From Candidatus Lustribacter sp. (GTDB lineage: Bacteria > Vulcanimicrobiota > Vulcanimicrobiia > Vulcanimicrobiales > Vulcanimicrobiaceae), in assembly GCA_965277805.1 (NCBI GenBank), contig OZ255842.1, positions 2,208,001 to 2,272,000 of the forward strand: a DNA stretch of 64,000 bases, written 5' to 3'. The notes under the pieces were generated by a model, which saw only the letters and a list, made by a program, of their open reading frames with translations, was not told where the DNA came from and did no database searches. The position numbers were made by a program, and so were the translations under genes. Positions 56,989 to 64,000 of this stretch are shown here, piece after piece (the first letter of the stretch is position 1; the number at the start of each line of letters is the position of its first letter).

Positions 56989-57924
56989 ATGAGCGCCCGC
57001 CGCATCAGCCTGCTCTACCGGGACGTCGATCGGCTCCCGTACCTTCACGCGCTCGCCCGCTGCGCGCGCGCGTACGATCTCGAAATCGAACTCGTGCGCC
57101 ATCGCCAAACCGGTCCCGAGGACTGGAGCGAAAAACTCAAGCGCGGCGAGGTCGATGCGATCTCCGAGAACTACTGGGCCCTGCAGCGCTTTCGCGCGGC
57201 CGGGGAACCATTCGTCACGGTCGCATCCTCGGCGCACGAATGGCTCGAGTGGTTGCTGGTTCGTCCGGGGATCGCATCGCTGGAAGACCTGCGCGGCAAG
57301 CGCATTGCCGTGCGCGACGTCGGGCCGCAACGCTCGTACCCCGGCGTCGTCCTGCGGCGGCTCGGCCTTGCCGGCGATGTCGAACAAGTTCTGGTCACGG
57401 AAAAAGAAAACGGCCGTTGGGGCATGTGGAAAGCCGTCGTCGACGGGCGCTGCGATGCGTTCTTCATGCAGCCCGCTTACGGCGACGCCGCGCTCGCGGC
57501 CGGCTTGCGCCCGATCGCCGTTCCGCCGTTCGCGTTCGAGGGCGGCTACATCATCCCGACGCTCACCGAAGCCTACGTTGCGGCGAATCCCGAAACGGTG
57601 CGCGGCCTGGTGTTCGCCATGTTCGATGCGTGCCGCCGGGCGAAGCACGAATCCGGCTGGCTGCTGGAAGTCACGAAAGCCGACTCGCTCGGCGATCTGG
57701 CCGAGCACTTCGACTTTCAGGACGATGCCGAGGTCGAGCGCTTCGTTGCGCACCAAATCGACGAGATCGCCGAGATTCCGATTCCGGCGCCCGCCGGGTT
57801 GGTCAACGCGCTCGAGATCGCGAAGGCCCAATACGAGATTCCCGACGGCTTCAATCCGCTGGTGATGTGGGATCTCTCGTTCGTCCGCGAAGCCTTGGCT
57901 TCAACCGCCATTAAAGGACGCTGA
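56989..57924 (+). CDS. PBP type 2 fold protein without signal peptide
   Basis: GIASLEDLRGKRIAV and GEVDAISENYW. TAAGGAG RBS and a hydrophilic N-terminus. Confidence 0.7.
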   Translation: MSARRISLLYRDVDRLPYLHALARCARAYDLEIELVRHRQTGPEDWSEKLKRGEVDAISENYWALQRFRAAGEPFVTVASSAHEWLEWLLVRPGIASLEDLRGKRIAVRDVGPQRSYPGVVLRRLGLAGDVEQVLVTEKENGRWGMWKAVVDGRCDAFFMQPAYGDAALAAGLRPIAVPPFAFEGGYIIPTLTEAYVAANPETVRGLVFAMFDACRRAKHESGWLLEVTKADSLGDLAEHFDFQDDAEVERFVAHQIDEIAEIPIPAPAGLVNALEIAKAQYEIPDGFNPLVMWDLSFVREALASTAIKGR

Positions 57925-57925
57925 C

Positions 57926-60115
57926 ATGAGTACGGTAGCCGAACCCGCGCGCGTCACGCGCAAGGTCGACCCGGTGACCTTCGAGGTCATCCGGCACCGG
58001 CTCGTGGGAATTACCGAAGAACAAGCGGCGCGCTTGATGACGGTGTCGGGCTCGAAACACGTCACCGAAATGTCCGACTACAATGTGGGCCTCTATCTGC
58101 ACGACGGCTCGGTCGCGGCGATGGGACGCACGATCCTCTACCACTCGTCGTCGATGGCCGCGCTCGTGCGCAGCGTGATCGCCGACTGCAGCGACGAACC
58201 CGGCATCGCACCTGGCGACGTCTTCATCGTCAACGATCCCTGGAAGGGTTCGGTGCACGCGCCCGACATGGCGCTCATTACGCCGATTCACATCGGCGAA
58301 CAGCTGATCTTCTGGTCGGGCGCGATGATGCACATGTCCGACATCGGCGGCATGCATGAGGGCAGCGTGATGTTACCGGCGAGCGAAGCGTATCAGGAAG
58401 GGCTCCTTCTTCCACCGCTCAAGCTCGTTTCCAAAGGCGTGATCCGCCAAGACGTGTGGCGCATGGTGCTCGGCAACTGCCGTCATGCCTCGACGATGGG
58501 GCTCGATCTCAAGGGACTGATGGCAGCCAACAACGCGGCCGTGACCGGGCTGCAGCAACTCGGCGAGCGCTACGGCGTCGAAACGCTGCTAGACGTCATG
58601 GCGTCGTTGATCGAACTCTCCGAAACGCGTCTGCGCGCGCGTTTGCGCGAACTTCCCGAAGCGACGGTCGAAGCGAGCGGGTACCTCGAATTCGATCCGG
58701 GGCTGGGCGACTGTCCGGTCGTGCATCTCGAACTCACCAAGCGCGGCGACGGCCTCACGCTCGATTTTTCCAAATCGTCGCCGCAAGTGCAGAGCTCGGT
58801 GAACTGCACGATCGGCGGCCTCATGGCGGGTGTCTCAGCCGGTCTCTTGCCGACGCTGGCCTACGACATTCCGTGGAACGAAGGCCTCTACCGTCCGCTC
58901 AACGTCATCTGCCCCGAAGGCAGGATCTGCAACGCTCGCCGGCCCGCAGCGCTCAGCGGCAACATCGCCGGTGCAGTGTGGGAAGCCGAAATGGCGACGA
59001 CGGTTGCGCTCTCGCGCCTGGCGGCGTGTTCCGAAGACTACCGGCACGAGGCGCAAGCCTCATCGACGGCGCGTCCGGGTTCGCTCTTCTTCTTCGGCAC
59101 CAATCAGCTCGGCGAACGTTTCGCCGGACGCACCTACGACGTGCTCGGTTCGGGCGGCGGCGCATACGCCGATCACGACGGGGTATCTTCGCACGGCCAC
59201 CACAGCATCGAGCGCCCGCTGATCAGCAACGTCGAATCACTTGAACTGGATCTGCCCATCCTTTATCTCCAGCGCCGCTGGGCGGCCGATAGCGGCGGCG
59301 CCGGAAAGCGGCGCGGCGGCTCGAGCATTCTCTCGATTTACAAACCGCATGGCGCGACGCCGACGTTCCAACGGCTCGGCTTCCGCTGGGAAGTGCCGGA
59401 CGCGATGGGACTGTTCGGCGGCTATCCGGGTTCACAGATGGGCAGTGTGCTGATGCGTCGCACGAACGTCGCCCAAACGATGGCCGGCGGCCACGTGCCG
59501 AACTTTGACGAGGTCGACGGAGAGCGATACGTCCTGCCGCCGCAGCGGCCGATGGCGATCGTGCTCGACACCGACGATGTCGTGCGCGCCGATCCGCCGG
59601 GGCCGGCCGGTTGGGGCGATCCGCTCGAACGCAGCCTCGACGATCTCGACGTCGACGTCCAATTTCACGACGTCTCGCGCGCGGCCGCCGAACGGCTCTA
59701 CGGCTGCGTCTTCGATGCGACCGGAACGATCGATCGCACCGCCACCGCGCAGCGTCGCGCGGAGTTGCGTGATGAACGCAAGGCTTGGGTGAAGCGTAAA
59801 ACGGGCAGTCGCGATGCGCACGGCAAGCTCGCGCGCCGCTTTCACCTAGGGGACGCGCTCGAGATCGCGCGCGACGAAGCGGGCGCCGACTGGACCGTGT
59901 GCACGTGCGGTTTCGTGATCGCGCCGGCGGCAGAGAATTGGCGCGAGTATGCCGCCGCACGCGTCGCCCAACCCGATGACGTCGCCGTCAACATGTTGGT
60001 GCACGCGCCGCTCGAACTGCGTCAGTATGCGTGCCCGGGTTGCGGCCGCCTCCATGCGGCCGATCTTTGCCGAGCCGGCGCCCCCGATCCGTACGACATC
60101 CGGCTGGTGCTCTAG
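57926..60115 (+). CDS. Hydantoinase B/oxoprolinase family protein with C-terminal acetone carboxylase gamma-like domain
   Basis: DPVTFEVIRHRL, PGDVFIVNDPW, HAPD, HMSDIGG, YQEGL, DSGGAGKRRGG and GWGDPLER, plus C-terminal CTCG...NWREY...YACPGCG. Confidence 0.87.
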   Translation: MSTVAEPARVTRKVDPVTFEVIRHRLVGITEEQAARLMTVSGSKHVTEMSDYNVGLYLHDGSVAAMGRTILYHSSSMAALVRSVIADCSDEPGIAPGDVFIVNDPWKGSVHAPDMALITPIHIGEQLIFWSGAMMHMSDIGGMHEGSVMLPASEAYQEGLLLPPLKLVSKGVIRQDVWRMVLGNCRHASTMGLDLKGLMAANNAAVTGLQQLGERYGVETLLDVMASLIELSETRLRARLRELPEATVEASGYLEFDPGLGDCPVVHLELTKRGDGLTLDFSKSSPQVQSSVNCTIGGLMAGVSAGLLPTLAYDIPWNEGLYRPLNVICPEGRICNARRPAALSGNIAGAVWEAEMATTVALSRLAACSEDYRHEAQASSTARPGSLFFFGTNQLGERFAGRTYDVLGSGGGAYADHDGVSSHGHHSIERPLISNVESLELDLPILYLQRRWAADSGGAGKRRGGSSILSIYKPHGATPTFQRLGFRWEVPDAMGLFGGYPGSQMGSVLMRRTNVAQTMAGGHVPNFDEVDGERYVLPPQRPMAIVLDTDDVVRADPPGPAGWGDPLERSLDDLDVDVQFHDVSRAAAERLYGCVFDATGTIDRTATAQRRAELRDERKAWVKRKTGSRDAHGKLARRFHLGDALEIARDEAGADWTVCTCGFVIAPAAENWREYAAARVAQPDDVAVNMLVHAPLELRQYACPGCGRLHAADLCRAGAPDPYDIRLVL

Positions 60116-60117
60116 GC

Positions 60118-60825
60118 GTGTCCGACATCGCCGATTTGATCGCACGCGCTGTGCGCGTGTGCAACGCCGAGCACGTCATGGACTGGAACGGCCACGTCAG
60201 CGGCCGCGACGAACGCGACCCCAACGTCATGTGGATCAACAACCGGCACTCGAGCCGTTCGACCTTGACGGCAACTGACATCGTGCCGTTCGACATCGCC
60301 GCCGGCAAACGCATCGGCGAGGGCATCGAACCGCCGAGCGAATGGTACATCCACACCTGGATCTACCAGCTGCGGCCCGACGTGTCCGGCATCGTCCACT
60401 CGCATCCCGAGTCGATCGTTACGCTGTCCGCGCTCGGCCGTCTCCTCAAGCCGATCACTCAAACCGGCGTGCAAGCCGGCATCCCGGAAGACGGCGCGCC
60501 CGTGTTCGATAAGGTCGAGACCGTGCACACGCATGCGGACGGCGAAGCGCTCGCGCGCACCCTCGGCAACGCACCGATCGTCGTGCTGCGCCAGCATGGA
60601 GCGGTGACGGTCGGCAGCATGGTCGAGGAAGCCGTTAACCGCATGATCACGAGCGAAGGGAACGCGCGCCAGCTGCTGGCCGCACTGCAGATCGGCGAGC
60701 CAACGTACATTCGCGGCGAAGAATGGCAGCGCATCGGCGGCGGTGGACGCGATTCGAAGCACGGCGTGCTCAAACAGTGGACGTATTTCGAGGAGTCGGC
60801 ACGCAAGAACGGCGCGCTGGATTAG
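60118..60825 (+). CDS. Class II aldolase/adducin family protein
   Basis: GHVSGR, PPSEWYIH, VHSHP and LRQHG. GTG start. Confidence 0.88.
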   Translation: MSDIADLIARAVRVCNAEHVMDWNGHVSGRDERDPNVMWINNRHSSRSTLTATDIVPFDIAAGKRIGEGIEPPSEWYIHTWIYQLRPDVSGIVHSHPESIVTLSALGRLLKPITQTGVQAGIPEDGAPVFDKVETVHTHADGEALARTLGNAPIVVLRQHGAVTVGSMVEEAVNRMITSEGNARQLLAALQIGEPTYIRGEEWQRIGGGGRDSKHGVLKQWTYFEESARKNGALD

Positions 60826-60829
60826 CCCC

Positions 60830-61828
60830 ATGAGCACGCTCGAACTGAGTTGCGCGCTCACCGAAAACACGCACACCCAGGCGATCATCGCCGGTGAGAT
60901 CGCCCCGGAAGCCATCACGTTTCATACGAGCGCGCTGTACCCGACGGAAGTGTTCTGGCGCCAGCTGCATCACGCCGAATTCGACGTCTCCGAAATTTCC
61001 ATCGCCTCGCTCTTGATCGCACTCTCAAAAGGCCTCGACGACTGGGTCACGCTGCCGGTCTTCACCGTCCGCCGCTTTTTCCACACCGGGGTGATGGTGC
61101 GCACCGATCGCGGCATCGACGCTCCCGCCGATCTCGCGGGCAAACGCGTCGGCGTGCCGGAATTTCAGCAGACCTCGGCGGTTTGGAGCCGAGGTATCCT
61201 GCGCGATGAGTTCGGGGTCGATCCCGCCTCGATGGAATGGTTCATGGAGCGCAACCCGGGACAGAGTCACGGCAGCGCCACCGGCTTCACGCCACCGCCG
61301 GGCGTTCGCCTAACCTACATTCCGCGCGAAAAAAGCATCGGGCGAATGCTCGTCGACGGGGAACTCGACGCGCTGATCCATTTCAGCCCGGGCAACAACA
61401 TCATCGACCGCACGACGGTCAATCCGCTCGCCCACCCGCAGGTCCGGCGCCTATTTCCGTCGCCGGAAGCCGAAGCAATCCGCTACTACCGCAAGAGCGG
61501 GATCTATCCGATCAACCACTTCGTCATCGTCCGGCGCTCGCTCACCGAACGATACCCGTGGATCGTGCTCAACATCTACAACGCGTTCTGCGCGGCGCAA
61601 CAACGGCTTGCAACCCAACTCGCTGCGTTGATCGAACCCTACGCCGCCGTCGGTACCGTACCGGCGGAAACGATCGCGGCCATGAAGGCGGCGGACGTCA
61701 TGCCGTACGGCGTCAAGGCCGGCCGCAAGGCGGTCGAGAGCATCGTGCGCTTCTTACACGCCGACGGTCTCATCGATCGTCCGCTCGCGCCGGCTGACAT
61801 TTTCGCCCCGCAAACTCTTGATCTCTAG
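60830..61828 (+). CDS. 4,5-dihydroxyphthalate decarboxylase-like protein (PBP2 fold)
   Basis: EVFWRQL, EFDVSEIS, LPVF..RFFH, DLAGKRVGVPEFQQT..VWSRGIL and GIYPINH. Confidence 0.82.
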   Translation: MSTLELSCALTENTHTQAIIAGEIAPEAITFHTSALYPTEVFWRQLHHAEFDVSEISIASLLIALSKGLDDWVTLPVFTVRRFFHTGVMVRTDRGIDAPADLAGKRVGVPEFQQTSAVWSRGILRDEFGVDPASMEWFMERNPGQSHGSATGFTPPPGVRLTYIPREKSIGRMLVDGELDALIHFSPGNNIIDRTTVNPLAHPQVRRLFPSPEAEAIRYYRKSGIYPINHFVIVRRSLTERYPWIVLNIYNAFCAAQQRLATQLAALIEPYAAVGTVPAETIAAMKAADVMPYGVKAGRKAVESIVRFLHADGLIDRPLAPADIFAPQTLDL

Positions 61829-61837
61829 AGGATACAC

Positions 61838-62830
61838 ATGCCCGATTCACTCGATCACGCGGCCACCCAACGGCGCAAGTTTCGCGAGTTGCTCGCCCGG
61901 CCGAAGCTCACGGTAATGCCGGGCGGTTTCAGCCCGCTCTATGCGCGCATGGCCGAGGAGATAGGTTTCGAAGCGTTCTTCATCGCCGGTTCGCAGACGG
62001 CCGCGTTTTTGTACGGCGTACCCGATAACGGCATCATCGGTCTGCGCGAGATCGCCGATCACGTTCGCCAAGTCGCAGCGCGCGCGGGAATTCCGATTCT
62101 GGTTGATTGCGATACCGGCTACGGCAATGCGGTCAACGTGACTTACGCCGTCGAGGAGATTATCCGTACCGGGGCGGCTGCGCTGCAAATCGAGGATCAA
62201 GAGGCACCCAAGAAATCGGGCACGGTCGCCGGCCGGCGCTGCATTCCGATGGCCGAGGCCGTCGGCAAGATCGCGGCCGCGACCGCCGCGCGCGACGCGA
62301 TGGAGCCGTCCTTCGTGATCTGCGCGCGCTGCGATGTGCTCGGCGCCGAAGGCGGTACGTTCGAAGATGCCGTGAAGCGTTCGGTCGCCTATGCGAAGGA
62401 AGGCCGAGCCGACCTCATCTGGCTCAACTCCGTTCAGAGCATCGAAGACGTGCATCGCGCGTGTAGCGAAATTCCGGTACCCGTACTGGTGGTATGGGGC
62501 GGACCGCTGCCCGCGCCCACGCCCGCCGAATACGAACGCGCCGGGGCAAAGATAGCGCTCTATCCGGCCATTGCGGCAACGTCCGGCATGAACGCCGCGT
62601 GGCGCGTGCTCAACGATCTGCACGAACGCGGTCCGCAAGCGATTTATGATTACTCGGCCGAAATTCGGGCCTCGAAGTGGGGGCCGGCCGACCAAAACGC
62701 GCTGGTAAAACTTGAACGCGTGCGTGCGATCGAAGATCAGTTCTTGCCCACCGAAGTGAAGCGCGATTACGATAAAACCTGGGGTCATGTCAGCATCCTG
62801 GCACCCGACGCCGGCGGCCCGGCACACTAA
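61838..62830 (+). CDS. Isocitrate lyase/PEP mutase family protein
   Basis: GVPDNG, VDCDTGYGNAVNV, IEDQEAPKKSG and ICARCD. Confidence 0.88.
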   Translation: MPDSLDHAATQRRKFRELLARPKLTVMPGGFSPLYARMAEEIGFEAFFIAGSQTAAFLYGVPDNGIIGLREIADHVRQVAARAGIPILVDCDTGYGNAVNVTYAVEEIIRTGAAALQIEDQEAPKKSGTVAGRRCIPMAEAVGKIAAATAARDAMEPSFVICARCDVLGAEGGTFEDAVKRSVAYAKEGRADLIWLNSVQSIEDVHRACSEIPVPVLVVWGGPLPAPTPAEYERAGAKIALYPAIAATSGMNAAWRVLNDLHERGPQAIYDYSAEIRASKWGPADQNALVKLERVRAIEDQFLPTEVKRDYDKTWGHVSILAPDAGGPAH

Positions 62831-62845
62831 GTGAGGAAGAGCCCG

Positions 62846-63805
62846 ATGCAATCTTCATTCCACCTGCACCGCGGAGCGTTCCTGAGCGGGCTCGCTGCCG
62901 CTGCACTTCCGTCCGTGCTCGGAGCGCAAGAGCTCACCAAGCTGCGCATCGCCGGTACTCCGGATCAGGATATCGTCGGCAGCTTCTGGGCGCAACAGAG
63001 CGGCATTTTCCAGCGCTACGGTATTGACGCCGACGTCACCACGATCAGCAGCGGCGCGGCGATTTCGGCGGCCGTGATCGGCGGCTCGCTCGACATCGGC
63101 AAATCGAGCCTGCTGGCGTTGATTCAAGCGCACGCCAAGGGCATTCCGCTCGTCATCATCGCGGCCTCGCTGCTGTACAATGCCGCGAAACCGATCACGG
63201 CCCTCGTCGTCGCGAAGGATTCACCCATTCACACCGGCCGCGATCTCAACGGCGCAACCGTGGCCGTGACCGCGCTCGGAGACTTCTACTCGATGATGAA
63301 CGCCGCGTGGATCGATACGCACGACGGCGATTCCAAATCCGTCCACTTCGTCGAGCTGCCGTCGCGCGCGGCCGCCGATGGAATCACCGCCGGCCGCGTC
63401 GCCGCAACCACGCTTACCGCACCGCTGCTCGATCAAGAACTGCAGAGCGGCAACTTCCGCGTGCTCGGCTACCCGTTCAGCGCCGCGGCGAACGTGTTTC
63501 TGCTGACCGCCTACTTCTGCACGGCCGACTTCGCTGCTAGAAATCGCGCCGTTTTACCGCGCTTCCGGCGCGCGCTGGCCGAATCGGCCACCTATGCCAA
63601 TGCGCACCGCTCCGCCATGATTCCGGTCATCTCGAAGTATAGCGGCGTCGATCCGGCAACGCTGGCGGCGATGCCGGACGTGCCGTTGGCGCAACCCAAT
63701 CAGCTGCAGGCTCCGCTGATCCAGCCGCTGATCGACGTCGCCGTAAAATACAAGTCGATTCCCCAGGGCTTCAGCGCCAAGGAGCTGCTTGACCCATCGA
63801 TCTAG
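62846..63805 (+). CDS. ABC solute-binding protein, NMT1/SsuA-like (orphan)
   Basis: SGAAISAAVIGGSLDIG, GRDLNGATVAV and IQPLID. GAGGA RBS before ATG 62846. Confidence 0.87.
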   Translation: MQSSFHLHRGAFLSGLAAAALPSVLGAQELTKLRIAGTPDQDIVGSFWAQQSGIFQRYGIDADVTTISSGAAISAAVIGGSLDIGKSSLLALIQAHAKGIPLVIIAASLLYNAAKPITALVVAKDSPIHTGRDLNGATVAVTALGDFYSMMNAAWIDTHDGDSKSVHFVELPSRAAADGITAGRVAATTLTAPLLDQELQSGNFRVLGYPFSAAANVFLLTAYFCTADFAARNRAVLPRFRRALAESATYANAHRSAMIPVISKYSGVDPATLAAMPDVPLAQPNQLQAPLIQPLIDVAVKYKSIPQGFSAKELLDPSI

Positions 63806-63999
63806 CGCAGGACCGCCGGATCGATCAAGTCGCGCGCTGGAAAGCTCGCGAAGTCGTTATATCGCGCGGTGATGTCGATCTGCGGTTGCACGAGCGCGGT
63901 AGTGAGGTCCACGCCATACGCTGCCCGAATCACGGACGTGATGGTGGCCGGATCGATCTGCGCGTATTTCACGAGGATCTCAGCGCTCCTGGCCTGATC
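63802..63999 (-). CDS. C-terminal part of another NMT1-type solute-binding protein (5'-partial)
   Basis: Hand translation ..SAEILVKYAQIDPATITSVIRAAYGVDLTTALVQPQIDITARYNDFASFPARDLIDPAVLR* matches the C-termini of paralogues. Confidence 0.8.
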   Translation of the reverse strand, partial: DQARSAEILVKYAQIDPATITSVIRAAYGVDLTTALVQPQIDITARYNDFASFPARDLIDPAVLR

Positions 64000-64000
64000 G

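Overview
A gene-dense, high-GC bacterial window (GC judged by eye, not computed) with about 70 CDS. I found no rRNA, tRNA, CRISPR, transposase or phage genes. It reads as a patchwork of scavenging and catabolic modules. Transport: 17 solute-binding proteins (SBPs), of which only 2 have permease/ATPase genes in the window. Enzymes: three phthalate/vanillate-type Rieske oxygenases, two luciferase-like monooxygenases, a lignostilbene-type dioxygenase, a gallate dioxygenase, a partial 3-hydroxyanthranilate pathway, an aspartate dehydrogenase homologue and a hydantoinase-B/acetone-carboxylase-gamma fusion. Local MarR, TetR and GntR regulators sit beside visible operator palindromes. The standout signal is missing from the ORF track, in the intergenic region 4337-4740. 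A perfect 22-bp palindrome holds two back-to-back TTGACA boxes of mirror-image promoters. Each promoter is positioned to start directly on a short cysteine-rich ORF (MSFVNRCCCAETVRRSGVMLV on minus, MSARRFVCTCPCCLAGNERALFVM on plus), followed by an intrinsic terminator with a competing antiterminator. I infer a bidirectional, cysteine-sensing transcription attenuator controlling an AsfAB-like flavoprotein/ferredoxin on one side and a sulfonate-type ABC importer on the other. The style of the SBP expansion is reminiscent of Eremiobacterota, but that is an unverified impression. All family calls come from motif recognition, not database searches.
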